This document shows, piece after piece, positions 27,060-36,950 of a DNA stretch of 54,732 bases. The translations under genes and the position numbers were made by a program. The notes beneath the pieces were generated by a model. It saw only the letters and a program-made list of their open reading frames with translations. It searched no databases and had not been told where the DNA came from. Source of the DNA: Oscillospiraceae bacterium (lineage in GTDB: Bacteria; Bacillota; Clostridia; Oscillospirales; Acutalibacteraceae); the NCBI GenBank assembly GCA_902784155.1, contig CACZTQ010000016.1, positions 1 through 54,732 of the forward strand. Direction: 5' to 3'. Each line of letters starts with the position of its first letter. Position 1 is the stretch's first letter.

Positions 27060-28529
27060 TCATTCCGTGACCGATAAGAATTTTTTGTATGCTTTCTCCC
27101 AATCATCCGTGTTTTCGGGAGTATAGACCTTTATGTTTTCGCTGCCGGCAATGATTTTCCTTGCCTCTTTAACGTCTTTGATACAGCCTTGTGAAATCAG
27201 CTGAACGGCGATATTGCCGAGCACCGTCGCCTCAATCGGTCCCGCGAGCACGGGGACTCCGCAGGCGTTGGCGGTCATCTGACAGAGAAGGCCGTCCTTG
27301 ACTCCGCCGCCTATGACGTGGATTTCGGAATAATCCCTGCCCGTGCAGGCCTTGATTTTTTCGAATGTCAGGCGGTATTTCATCGCGAGGCTCTCATAGA
27401 TACAGCGGATAACCTCTCCGACACCTTCGGGAGCCGAGCCGGTCTTTTCGCTGCAGTAATCGCGTATTCTCTGCGGGATATTGCCCATCCTGCCGAATCC
27501 GGGATAATCGGGGTCGATGAAATGGGCAAAAGGAGCCGATTCGAGAGCGAGCTTCTCAAGGTCCGCATAGGAGTATTCCCTGCCGTGCCTGAGCCAGTGG
27601 CGGCGGCTCTCCTGAATGAGCCAGAGACCCGTGATATTCTTGAGAAATCCCGTTTTGCCCTCGCATCCTCCCTCGTTTGTGACATTCATCTCAAGAGAGG
27701 TTTTGTTGACAACCGGCTCGTCGAGCTCGGTGCCGAAGAGCGACCAGGTGCCGCTCGAGAGGAATATGAAATCATCCTTTGAAGAGGGTACGGCGGTGAT
27801 TGCGCTCTGGGTATCGTGGCCGCAGACGCTTATAACCTTCCTTGTGCCCTCAAGGCCGCATTCCGCAGCCGTTTCGGGGCTGAGGTCCCTGACAGTTTCG
27901 CCGGGGAGCGAAATCTCTCCGGTGAGCCTGCGCGGAATACCGAGCTTATCGAAAATCTCACCGCACCAGGTTTTTGTCCTTATATCCACAAGCTGCGAGG
28001 TGGTGGCGATGGAGTATTCCGTCGCCTTCTTGCCCGTGAGCATATAGGTCAGAAGGTCCGGCATAAACAGAAGGCTGTCTGCCCTCTCAAGAAGGTCGGG
28101 CCTTTCAAGAGCGAGAGAATAGAGCTGAAAGACGGTGTTGAGCTCCATGAACTGGATGCCCGTCAGCTCATAAAAGCGCTCCTTCGGAATCACTTCAAAA
28201 GCTTTGTCAACAAGCCCCGCCGTCCTCTTGTCGCGGTAGTGGACCGGGTTTTCGAGGAGCCGTCCGTCCTTGTCAAGCAGCCCGAAATCGACGCCCCAGG
28301 TGTCTATTCCGATGCTGTCGAATCCGCCCGCCGCCTCGGCCTTGATGAGGCCCTGCTTAATCTCGTGAAAGAGGCGGAGCACATCCCAGTAAACGGTGCC
28401 GTTGACGGTGACGGGGTCGTTTGAAAAGCGGTGCACCTCTTCGAGCGTAATCTTCTCTCCGTCGAAGGAGCCGATTATCGCTCTGCCGCTCGAGGCGCCG
28501 AAATCCACCGCGAGGACTCTTTTATTCAT
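27060..28529 (-). CDS. rhaB: RhaB-family sugar kinase, by context L-fuculokinase
   Basis: AVDFGASSGR, GIDTWGVDFGL, HYRD, GHDTQSA, SSGTWSL, KNITGLWLIQE; lies between fucU and fucI. Confidence 0.88.
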   Translation of the reverse strand: MNKRVLAVDFGASSGRAIIGSFDGEKITLEEVHRFSNDPVTVNGTVYWDVLRLFHEIKQGLIKAEAAGGFDSIGIDTWGVDFGLLDKDGRLLENPVHYRDKRTAGLVDKAFEVIPKERFYELTGIQFMELNTVFQLYSLALERPDLLERADSLLFMPDLLTYMLTGKKATEYSIATTSQLVDIRTKTWCGEIFDKLGIPRRLTGEISLPGETVRDLSPETAAECGLEGTRKVISVCGHDTQSAITAVPSSKDDFIFLSSGTWSLFGTELDEPVVNKTSLEMNVTNEGGCEGKTGFLKNITGLWLIQESRRHWLRHGREYSYADLEKLALESAPFAHFIDPDYPGFGRMGNIPQRIRDYCSEKTGSAPEGVGEVIRCIYESLAMKYRLTFEKIKACTGRDYSEIHVIGGGVKDGLLCQMTANACGVPVLAGPIEATVLGNIAVQLISQGCIKDVKEARKIIAGSENIKVYTPENTDDWEKAYKKFLSVTE

Positions 28530-28948
28530 TTAACCACGCCCTTTTTGAGAATGATGTTTGCGTAAATCGCGGTCTCGCCCGTCGCTACGACGGCGTAGGC
28601 CTTCTTTGCCCTCTCATAAAAGGCGAATCTTTCAATCAGTTCAAACTTCTTGTCTCCCTCGTTTGCCCTGACGGTTTTTTCGTATTCTGCCCAAATGGGC
28701 GGTCTTTCGCCGTCGCCGCCGTTATCCATAAGACCGACGGGCGCATCGACGTATGTGTCAAGAGGCATGAGCCTGAGCACCGCGTCGAGAATCTCGTTGA
28801 CGCCGTGCCCGTCAAGGCGCACAAGGCGCTGAGCGATTGACGCGGCGGGGAAGTTGCCGTCGCCTATGACAATCTCGTCACCGTGTCCCATTTCCATAAG
28901 GATTTTGAGAAGCTCGGGTGAGATGATGGGTGAAATGTTTTTAAGCAT
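28526..28948 (-). CDS. fucU: L-fucose mutarotase (RbsD/FucU)
   Basis: MGHGDEIVIGDGNFP, ERFAFYERAK, YANIILKKGV. Confidence 0.93.
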   Translation of the reverse strand: MLKNISPIISPELLKILMEMGHGDEIVIGDGNFPAASIAQRLVRLDGHGVNEILDAVLRLMPLDTYVDAPVGLMDNGGDGERPPIWAEYEKTVRANEGDKKFELIERFAFYERAKKAYAVVATGETAIYANIILKKGVVK

Positions 28949-28972
28949 ATTACGCAGCCTCCTGTAAAGTTA

Positions 28973-30376
28973 TTAGAATTCGGCGGAGCCCGTCGTTCTC
29001 GGGAAGGGGATAGCGTCGCGGATGTTTGAAACACCCGTGAGATACATTACAAGGCGCTCGAAGCCCAGACCGAATCCACTGTGCTTGACGCCGCCGTATC
29101 TGCGAAGGTCGAGATACCAGCTGTAGTCCTCTTCTTTAAGGCCGAGCTCGGCGATTCTGTCAAGAAGAACGTCCAGGCGCTCCTCTCTCTGGCTGCCGCC
29201 TATGATTTCGCCGATTCCCATAACGAGGCAGTCGCAGGCCGCGACCGTCTTGCCGTCGTCGTTAAGGCGCATATAAAACGCCTTGATTTCTTTGGGATAG
29301 TCCGTGACGAAAACGGGCCTTTTGAAAATCTTTTCGGTAAGGTAGCGCTCGTGCTCGGTCTGAAGGTCTATGCCCCAGCTGACTTTGTATTCGAATTCGT
29401 CATTGTGCTCCTCGAGGAGCTTGACCGCCTCGGTGTAGCTGACTCTGCCGAAATCGGAGTTTGCAACGGCGCTCAGGCGCTCAAGCAGACCCTTGTCAAC
29501 GAATTTATTCAGGAAATCCATCTCCTGAGGGCAGTTTTCAATGACATAGTTTATTACATATTTAATCATCGCCTCGGCGATGTCCATATTTTCGGAGAGC
29601 TCGGCAAAAGCAATCTCGGGCTCAATCATCCAGAATTCCGCCGCGTGGCGCTGGGTGTATGATTTCTCGGCTCTGAAGGTGGGGCCGAAGGTATAAATCT
29701 TGCCGAAAGCGAGGGCCATAATCTCGCCCTGAAGCTGACCGGAAACGGTGAGATAGGCGGGTTTCTTGAAGAAATCCTGAGTGAAATCGACGCTGCCGTC
29801 CTCTGTTTTGGGAACATCCGCAAGGTCGAAATCCGTCACTCTGAAGCGCTCGCCGGCGCCCTCGGCGTCCGAGCAGGAGATGAGGGGCGTGTGAGCATAT
29901 ACGAATCCGCGGTCAATAAAAAATTTATGAATCGCGTAGGCGGCAACGGAGCGCACTCTGAAGACCGCGTTGAAGAGATTAGTCCTCGGTCTGAGGTGGG
30001 CGATTTCCCGCAGATACTCAACTGAATGTCTCTTTTTCTGAAGAGGGTAGTCGGGAGTTGACGCCGCCTCGAAGGAAATCTCCGTCGCGTTTATTTCAAA
30101 GGGCTGGCTTGCCTGAGGAGTGAGCAGGAGAGTGCCCGTGACTTTGAGGGCGGCTCCGACATTCTGCTTTGCCACATCCTTGTAATTCGCGAGCTTCGCT
30201 TCCTCGAAGACAACCTGAATTCCCTTGAAGGAGCTGCCGTCGTTGAGCTCTATGAATCCGATTGCCTTTGAATCCCTGAGGGTGCGGACCCAGCCGTAAA
30301 CCGTGACGGTCTTATCCGCAAAGGCTTCGGGGTTATCATAAATCTTTCTGATTTCGGTTCTGTCTGCGTAAGGCAT
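28973..30376 (-). CDS. asnS: Asparagine--tRNA ligase
   Basis: [64 protein letters not shown]; start ATG 30376 (alternative 30385). Confidence 0.97.
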   Translation of the reverse strand: MPYADRTEIRKIYDNPEAFADKTVTVYGWVRTLRDSKAIGFIELNDGSSFKGIQVVFEEAKLANYKDVAKQNVGAALKVTGTLLLTPQASQPFEINATEISFEAASTPDYPLQKKRHSVEYLREIAHLRPRTNLFNAVFRVRSVAAYAIHKFFIDRGFVYAHTPLISCSDAEGAGERFRVTDFDLADVPKTEDGSVDFTQDFFKKPAYLTVSGQLQGEIMALAFGKIYTFGPTFRAEKSYTQRHAAEFWMIEPEIAFAELSENMDIAEAMIKYVINYVIENCPQEMDFLNKFVDKGLLERLSAVANSDFGRVSYTEAVKLLEEHNDEFEYKVSWGIDLQTEHERYLTEKIFKRPVFVTDYPKEIKAFYMRLNDDGKTVAACDCLVMGIGEIIGGSQREERLDVLLDRIAELGLKEEDYSWYLDLRRYGGVKHSGFGLGFERLVMYLTGVSNIRDAIPFPRTTGSAEF

Positions 30377-30388
30377 TTGTATCATCTC

Positions 30389-30805
30389 CTAATCTGTCGT
30401 GATTCTGTCAAGATTTGCTTCTATTGTAGTGTAGCTGATGCCGTTTACCATAGCGAGCTCTTCGATGCTTCTGAAGGCTCCGTTTTCTTCGCGCCAGTCG
30501 ATTATCGCCTGCGCTTTGACCTCGCCTATACCGTCAAGGCTCGCGAGCTCCTGCACCGACGCGGTGTTGATATTGACCTTCGGCATCGCCCGCTCGGGAG
30601 TTTCGCTCCGAGCCGTCTCCGCCCCCTCACTCCGGGGGACTGCCTTATCCGGGATAACGGCCGTCTGCGGTATAGTCTGCGGGAAGGAAACGGTCTGCGG
30701 CTCCAAAGATTCCGAAGCCGACAAATCTATGGCTTTGAAGGCCGTAAGCAGGGCTGCCGTGATAAGCGCGGCCGCGAGAAGCAGCAGTGTCGGTCTGTTT
30801 TTCAT
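30389..30805 (-). CDS. comEA: ComEA-family helix-hairpin-helix DNA-binding protein
   Basis: N-terminal TM; KVNINTAS.QEL..LDGIGEVKAQAIIDWREENGAF.SIEEL..VNGI. Confidence 0.85.
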   Translation of the reverse strand: MKNRPTLLLLAAALITAALLTAFKAIDLSASESLEPQTVSFPQTIPQTAVIPDKAVPRSEGAETARSETPERAMPKVNINTASVQELASLDGIGEVKAQAIIDWREENGAFRSIEELAMVNGISYTTIEANLDRITTD

Positions 30806-30806
30806 T

Positions 30807-31151
30807 TCAGAAGTTTCTGCCGCTCCAGCCCCAGTGGCCGGCCTCTTCATATTTTATATAGACTCTGCCGGGCGCGATTCCGAGCTCCTCGCCGATAATC
30901 TCCGTGAGGGCGGCGGTCATCCTGTCATAGGCCTGAGCCGGGGCGGAGCCGAAGATGCTGACCTCAAGGAAGGCGCAGTCCTCGCTGCCGTCGCCGCCGA
31001 GCGTCATGGGCACATTGTCGTCAAATGTCAGCATGAGCCAGGTTTCGCTCTTGCCGGGGAAAAGGGCGATGGCCTCGCCGAATTTTTTGATTAGGCTGTT
31101 TCTTGCGCTTTCGCTTATCTCTTTGCTTACCGTTGTTTTGATGCAGGGCAT
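30807..31151 (-). CDS. MIF/phenylpyruvate tautomerase-like protein
   Basis: Met-Pro N-terminus (MPCIKT), PGKSETWLM, RVYIKY, WGWSGRNF; AAGGAGTGA RBS. Confidence 0.85.
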   Translation of the reverse strand: MPCIKTTVSKEISESARNSLIKKFGEAIALFPGKSETWLMLTFDDNVPMTLGGDGSEDCAFLEVSIFGSAPAQAYDRMTAALTEIIGEELGIAPGRVYIKYEEAGHWGWSGRNF

Positions 31152-31163
31152 TGAAATCACTCC

Positions 31164-33377
31164 TTAATTGACTCTCAGGAAATCTCCCGATTCGACAACG
31201 ACGCCCCTGACGGAGTAATCCTTGTCGGTGTAGTTTACATATATCATCGCTCCGGTGTCGAATTCCGTGCAGAAGACACCGTCCGATACTTTATAATGGT
31301 CCGTCATTCTCGCGCTCATCAGGTCGTGAAGGGCGAGGTTTGCTCTCGAATAGAATTCAGTCGCGCTGTTGATGGTGTTGTCATAGTAGTATATATCGTT
31401 TTCGCCGACTCCGCTGATGGGAGTGTAATTCCACATATAGTGAGGGCAGGCTCCGAATTCAATACAGCGGAGCATCTCCTCGCGGCTGTTTTCCGCCTCG
31501 TTGACGGGGGTACCCGAATAATTCGAGATGCCGTGAAGAACAAGCTGGACGAAGGGCACCGGAGTATAGGCGCCGCTCGCCGCCACCTCGGTAGTGAGGG
31601 GCAGATTGATGACGGAATCCGCGTTTTTGAGCATATAGAAGCTGCCGCCGTCTATCATCACCTTGTTGCCGGTCGAGAGCGGGGATATTATATCGGCTAT
31701 CATTTCGGATGCCTGCTCGCGGAGCATACCGCCCTGAGAGAAATCCGAATAAAGAAGCCCGCCCGCGCCGCTCAGACATATACCCGTGCGGGTGCCCGAA
31801 TTATCCGAGAGAATGGATATGACCGCGTTTCTGATGCCCGAAATACGGCGCAGATAGCGGATTCCGGGCTGCGAGCCCATATTGCGGATTATCGCGTCAT
31901 CCGGCGTGCAGGTCAGCTTTTCGCCGTGTATTCCCACGGCGCCGCTTCTGCCGAAATCCTTTGATGACGAGAATAAATCCGTATCGACAAACAGCCCCAT
32001 ATTCTGGCTGGTTATGTATTCATAGAGCGAGGCGAAGCCCCTTGAGCCGCCGAGCTTTGAGAGATAGCGCGATCTCCTTATATCAACCGCGTCGAATCCG
32101 CCCGTCCTTGTGGCGCGGTAGCGGATGTTGACATTGTTGATGCCCTTGTTTTTCATACGCACGAGCATATCCTGCGCCTCGTCGAAATCCGTGAGAGGGC
32201 TCATATATTCGAGCGAGGCGACGCTCTTTTTGCCCATACCCGTCAGCGTAACGAAGAAGGGTATATCGTCGTCGGTCTGCGCCGTCTGCGAGGAGAGCAC
32301 GCCGTTTCTGATAAGCTGCTCTCTCATTGCCGAGGCCATTCCCGAATAGGAGGCGTTGACTCCCGACAGGAATCTGTAGCACATCCCGATTTCGTCAACC
32401 GTCTGCTCTTTTGAGATATACAGAGTGTCGCCGCTGTAATCCGCGGGCGTTATCGTGAATGAGGAATAAACCCTGTTGCAGGTGGTTATTCCCTTCGCCT
32501 TCTCGGCTTTGATTACGCTCACCGCGTCTCCCTTTTCGATAAGGGTGGCGAAAGCGGTCCTGCCTCTCTTTATTCCAAATGACGGGATTACGGCAGAGCC
32601 CGAATAATCCGCGCCCGCCGAGGGGTCGGCGCCGTAAACCGCGAATGAAAGCGATTCAAAGGATTCGTCAAAGACCGAGGTGTTGACAACCGCTCCGCAT
32701 CCGTCCGGGACAAAGAGAAAATTATCCTTGTCGGAGTTTATGTAAGCTCCGAAGAAATTGAGCAGGTCAACGCTCTCGACAAAAGCGTCCTTGTTTCCGG
32801 TCAGGTTTTTCCATTTGCAGCCGACTCTCATGCTGCCGTCCGTCAGGGTGACGGAGACATCCGCGTGAAAGCCTATGTCGGACTGAGAGAAGGTCTTTTT
32901 CGCCGCTGTTTCGGCGGATGTGAAAAGGTCATAGGAAAAAACGCAACCGGTGTCCGTCTTCTTTGAGGAGGCGGTGCCGTAAGCTACGGAATTATCCTGG
33001 CTGTTGAGCACATAGGTATCCGTGCCGCCCGTTACCTTCAGGGTTATCATGCCGGAATCCTCCGCGCCGACGGTGCCCATCTCGGTCTTGAGAGGCAGCG
33101 CCGTCCAGAGAGTCTCTGCGGAATTGTCGAATATTCCGAATGAATTTGTCTTTTCGTCAAGCCAGAGCTCTATGAATCCGGATGAGATACCCGAATCGAT
33201 GAAGTCGGTTCTGTTTTGCGAATAGTGAAGGGAGAGGTCGTCGCCGGGGGATGTTATTGTGTTTCGCGCGGCCACATTGTTTATCACGATGATTCCTGCG
33301 CTCTCTTTCCCGCAGGAGGAGAGAAGAAGCAGCAGAATCAGCAGGGCCGCGGGTATTGCGGTTTTAAACAGTTTCAT
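31164..33377 (-). CDS. DUF5696-like lipoprotein (putative carbohydrate-active/binding)
   Basis: Lipobox LSSC; FLFVPDGCGA, PSFGIK, Y.GMA...RE.L, VPFVQLVLHG, IYVNYT pattern recalled for DUF5696. Confidence 0.65.
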   Translation of the reverse strand: MKLFKTAIPAALLILLLLLSSCGKESAGIIVINNVAARNTITSPGDDLSLHYSQNRTDFIDSGISSGFIELWLDEKTNSFGIFDNSAETLWTALPLKTEMGTVGAEDSGMITLKVTGGTDTYVLNSQDNSVAYGTASSKKTDTGCVFSYDLFTSAETAAKKTFSQSDIGFHADVSVTLTDGSMRVGCKWKNLTGNKDAFVESVDLLNFFGAYINSDKDNFLFVPDGCGAVVNTSVFDESFESLSFAVYGADPSAGADYSGSAVIPSFGIKRGRTAFATLIEKGDAVSVIKAEKAKGITTCNRVYSSFTITPADYSGDTLYISKEQTVDEIGMCYRFLSGVNASYSGMASAMREQLIRNGVLSSQTAQTDDDIPFFVTLTGMGKKSVASLEYMSPLTDFDEAQDMLVRMKNKGINNVNIRYRATRTGGFDAVDIRRSRYLSKLGGSRGFASLYEYITSQNMGLFVDTDLFSSSKDFGRSGAVGIHGEKLTCTPDDAIIRNMGSQPGIRYLRRISGIRNAVISILSDNSGTRTGICLSGAGGLLYSDFSQGGMLREQASEMIADIISPLSTGNKVMIDGGSFYMLKNADSVINLPLTTEVAASGAYTPVPFVQLVLHGISNYSGTPVNEAENSREEMLRCIEFGACPHYMWNYTPISGVGENDIYYYDNTINSATEFYSRANLALHDLMSARMTDHYKVSDGVFCTEFDTGAMIYVNYTDKDYSVRGVVVESGDFLRVN

Positions 33378-34884
33378 AATAATCGGGACCTGTCGGCACG
33401 TCAAAATAAAATCTGACTCCGTTTTCAACGTTTTCCGCTCCGTAGGCGCATCTGTGATTTGTCATTATGCTCTTGACAATCGAGAGGCCGAGACCGAAGC
33501 GGTTTGTATTTCTGTTATGGGCTTTGTCGGCCCTGTAAAAGCTATCCCATATTTCGGGCAGATCCTCGTCGGATATATGCTCGCCCGTATTGAAGACCGT
33601 GATTCTCACACAGCCGTTTCCGGCGTCGGCGCTATCGAGAATAATCTCTTTTTTGCCGCCGCAGTGTGAAATGGCGTTGGTGATGTAGTTGTTGAGCACG
33701 GTTTCGATTTTGTCCTCCTCCGCGTAGCATTCGAGCGAGAGAGGAATTTTATTTATGAGGGTGATTCCCTTATCCTCAATCTGAAGAGCGAGATGGTCCG
33801 CAACGTGAGAGACATTCTCGCCTATATCGTAGTAATCGGGCCTGAAATCCTGCGACTTGCTGTCAAGCTTCGAGAGCTCGAGAAGCTCGAGCACAAGCTC
33901 GTTCATCTTGCTGCTCTCATCCATTATGATATTGCAATATTCCCTGATGATGGCGGGGTCGTCGCTGATGCCCTCTTTAAGGCCTTCAGCGTAGCCCGAT
34001 ATGATCGCGATGGGCGTTTTGAGCTCGTGTGAAACGTTGCTGATAAAGGATTTCCTCGCGTTGTCAAGGGCGAGGCGCAGCTCAATATCCTTTTCGAGCT
34101 GTCTGTTTTTGTCGTTTAAATCGAGGAGCGTGGCGTCGAGCTTGTCGGAGAGGGTGTTGATGCTCCTGCCGAGCTCGCCTATTTCGTCGGCGCCGTAATT
34201 CTTGCACTTGCGGTCAAAGTTCAGCGCCGCCATGTTTCTGGTGATTCCGTTGATTTCGACTATCGGCTTTGTAAGCCTCGAAACGAGCACGAAGAAAATC
34301 ACGCCGAGCAGGCCGACTATGAGAATCGAAAAAATCGAATAGACAGTATCCGCGACCCCGACTATGTTTTCGACATCCGCAACGGGGTAGTAAACATAGA
34401 CCGTGTCTCCCGTTGAAATCTCGCGGTTATAGACGAAATAATCCGCGTTTGTCGCGACCATTTTCTTTATTTCGAAGTTGGGATAGCTGAATTCCTTATC
34501 GGCATATTTCGCGGAATTCACCATTCCCGCATATTCAGGGCTCATTGAGCCGGGCGAGGCGAAATGGTCGTCGCCGCCGGCGGAGCCGTTGCCGCTGCTC
34601 TTATAAATGAGCAGGCCGTCGGAGCTGACTATTTCAAAATTTATTCCGTAATTCTGCGCGAGGGCGTAGAGATCGAAATAATAGGTGCTTGTGCCGGGGA
34701 CGAGGAAGTCTATCGCCTCGGCAACATCCGTCAGAGAGCCGTAGGTGTTTCTTGTGAAAACATAGAAAAGAAGCGGCTCGCTCACGCATGCGATGAGGAT
34801 GAAGAATACCGTGAGCACGGCTATGAGCGCCGCGAAAATCTTGACTCTTATCCTTCCGCTCAGAAACGAGATGATTTTTTTCAT
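33364..34884 (-). CDS. Two-component sensor histidine kinase (HAMP-HisKA-HATPase)
   Basis: Two TM helices, HAMP DEIGELG, FISNVSHELKTP, NYITNAI, FYRADKA, GLGLSIVK. Confidence 0.93.
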   Translation of the reverse strand: MKKIISFLSGRIRVKIFAALIAVLTVFFILIACVSEPLLFYVFTRNTYGSLTDVAEAIDFLVPGTSTYYFDLYALAQNYGINFEIVSSDGLLIYKSSGNGSAGGDDHFASPGSMSPEYAGMVNSAKYADKEFSYPNFEIKKMVATNADYFVYNREISTGDTVYVYYPVADVENIVGVADTVYSIFSILIVGLLGVIFFVLVSRLTKPIVEINGITRNMAALNFDRKCKNYGADEIGELGRSINTLSDKLDATLLDLNDKNRQLEKDIELRLALDNARKSFISNVSHELKTPIAIISGYAEGLKEGISDDPAIIREYCNIIMDESSKMNELVLELLELSKLDSKSQDFRPDYYDIGENVSHVADHLALQIEDKGITLINKIPLSLECYAEEDKIETVLNNYITNAISHCGGKKEIILDSADAGNGCVRITVFNTGEHISDEDLPEIWDSFYRADKAHNRNTNRFGLGLSIVKSIMTNHRCAYGAENVENGVRFYFDVPTGPDYYETV

Positions 34885-35567
34885 GAATTCACCTCAAGCT
34901 TGTAGCCTACGCCGAAGACGGTCTTGATGTGGTCTTCGCCCCACTTGCCGAGCTTTGTCCTCAGGCGGGCGAGATGCGAATCGACGGTCCTGCTGTCTCC
35001 GGTGAAATCAACGCCCCATATATCGTCGAGAAGCATATCGCGCGAAAAAATCCTTCCGGGGTTGGAGATGAGCTTTTCGAGGATACTGTATTCCTTGATT
35101 TTAAGGTCGAGCTCCCTGCCGCCCAGGGTGAATTCGTGAGCGGGGATGTTGAGCCGGAGACCGTCGATTTCGATTATTTCGGCGGGGTTATCCTCCTTGG
35201 GCATACCGGAGCGCTTGAGCAGCGCCTCGACTCTCTTTATGAATACCGGCATGCTGAAGGGCTTTGTGATGAAATCGTCCGCTCCGCTTTCAAATGAGAC
35301 GAGCTCGTCGAATTCCTGAGTCCTCGCCGTGAGCACGATTATGGGGATGTTGCTTGTCTTTCTTATCGCCTTGCAGACCTCCCAGCCGTCCATCTCAGGC
35401 ATCATGACGTCACAGATGACCAGGCTTATGTCGCTGTTTGCCCTGAAGAGGGCAACGGCCTGCCTGCCGTCGGCGGCCTCGAGGGTTTCATATCCGGATT
35501 TTTTGAGGAAATCGCAGACGAGTCTTCTCATCCGCTGCTCGTCCTCGGCTATAAGGATTTTTTTCAT
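34881..35567 (-). CDS. OmpR-family response regulator
   Basis: KILIAEDE, DVMMPEMDG, LTAR, GADDFITKPF, RTVDSH..RLR.KL, IKTVFGVGY; start MKK at 35567. Confidence 0.94.
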   Translation of the reverse strand: MKKILIAEDEQRMRRLVCDFLKKSGYETLEAADGRQAVALFRANSDISLVICDVMMPEMDGWEVCKAIRKTSNIPIIVLTARTQEFDELVSFESGADDFITKPFSMPVFIKRVEALLKRSGMPKEDNPAEIIEIDGLRLNIPAHEFTLGGRELDLKIKEYSILEKLISNPGRIFSRDMLLDDIWGVDFTGDSRTVDSHLARLRTKLGKWGEDHIKTVFGVGYKLEVNS

Positions 35568-35753
35568 CTTGCCACCGCCTTTCGCCCGTATTGACGGAAA
35601 TATCCGCGCAAAACACCGCCCGGACACCGTCTGCTTTAAAGCATATTTTATCACAACAGCACAATGTAAATCAAGCATTTTAATAAAATATGTTAAAATA
35701 ATCTTATAACATTATATTAAAAATGTTAATAATTACCTGTTAAAATAAAACAC

Positions 35754-35782
35754 TTGAATTCGCCTGCGTTTTGTAGTATAAT
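35754..35782 (+). promoter_or_regulatory. sigma-A promoter for the iscS-thiI-cinA... run
   Basis: TTGAAT-17 nt-TATAAT. Confidence 0.65.
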
Positions 35783-35816
35783 ACACAGGATTATATGCAC
35801 AGGGACGGTGAGACTC

Positions 35817-36950
35817 ACGACGGCTTATCTTGATAACAGCGCAACAACAAAACCCTGCGGGGAGGCAATCGAAGCGGTTGTTTCCGCCCTGGAAACCGGG
35901 TGGGGAAATCCGTCCTCGCTCCACTATTCGGGAGTCTCCGCCTCGGCCCTTCTCGAGAAGGCGAGACACAGCGTCGCCGCCTCTCTCGGCTGCGATGACG
36001 ATTAGATTTATTTCACCTCGGGAGGCACCGAGAGCAACAATCTCGCCCTTACCGGAGCGGCAAAAAAGATGCGCCGATTCGGCAGCAGAATCGTCTCGAC
36101 CGCGATTGAGCACCCGAGCGTTTACGACACGCTCGGCGCCCTTCAAAAAGAGGGCTTTGAGATAATCCGCCTGCCCGTTGACGGATACGGCAGGGTGAGC
36201 GAAGAAGCTCTTTACGAAGCCGTCACCCCCGATACCGTGCTTATATCAATGATGTATGTCAATAACGAGGTCGGTACTGTCCTGCCCGTCAGAGCGGCAA
36301 GGAGAGCGGCCGCCAGGGCAAAATCCCCCGCGCTGATACACTGCGACGCGGTGCAGGCCTACGGGAAGCTCGAGGTCAGGCCGAAATCCCTCGGAGTCAA
36401 TCTGATGACCGTCAGCTCACACAAGATTCACGGCCCCAAGGGCGCGGGAGCGCTCTATGTCGGCAGGGATGTTTCGATACTGCCTTCTGTTTTCGGCGGA
36501 GGCCAGGAGCAGAAGCTCCGCCCCGGAACTCAGCCGATGCCCGCTATTGCGGGGTTCGGAGCCGCGGCGGCGGCGCTGACCGATATAAAAGGGGAGCTGC
36601 TGAGGATAACAGAGCTTCGCGATTATATGATTGAACGGTTCAGAGAAGAGGGCGGCATTGCCGTGAATTCGCCCGGCGACGCCCTTCCTTATATAACAAA
36701 CATTTCGGTATTGGGAATCAAATCCGAGCCGATGCTCAACTTCCTCTCTTCAAAGGGAATCTGCGTCTCGAGCGGCTCCGCCTGCTCAAAAGGGAAAAAG
36801 AGCAGGGTCATTTCCGAGATGGGGCTCCCCCGCGAGAGAGCCGAAACGCCCCTTCGTATAAGCTTCTCAAGATTCACTTCAAAAGAAGAAATAGATTACC
36901 TCACAGAGATGATTTCTCTGGGCAAAAAAGAGATAAGGAATATAAAATGA
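35817..36950 (+). pseudogene. iscS: Cysteine desulfurase (IscS/NifZ-type, thiI-linked) interrupted by an in-frame TAG and lacking an ATG start
   Basis: YLDNSATT and GNPSSLH, then TAG at 36003-36005, then in the same frame IYFTSGGTESNN, HCDAVQ, SSHKIHGPKG, SSGSACS; ACG at the expected start position. Confidence 0.8.

Noticed and set aside
30383-30391. The comEA TAG stop is in frame with asnS, so readthrough would give a ComEA-AsnRS fusion
   Set aside because: The TAG is part of the asnS RBS (TAGGAG) and both proteins are complete; a membrane-anchored fusion is implausible and a frame match has a 1-in-3 chance
22688-36005. Genome-wide reassignment of TAG to an amino acid
   Set aside because: Only one of about 45 genes has an internal TAG, and TAG ends comEA and the sensor kinase at natural domain ends
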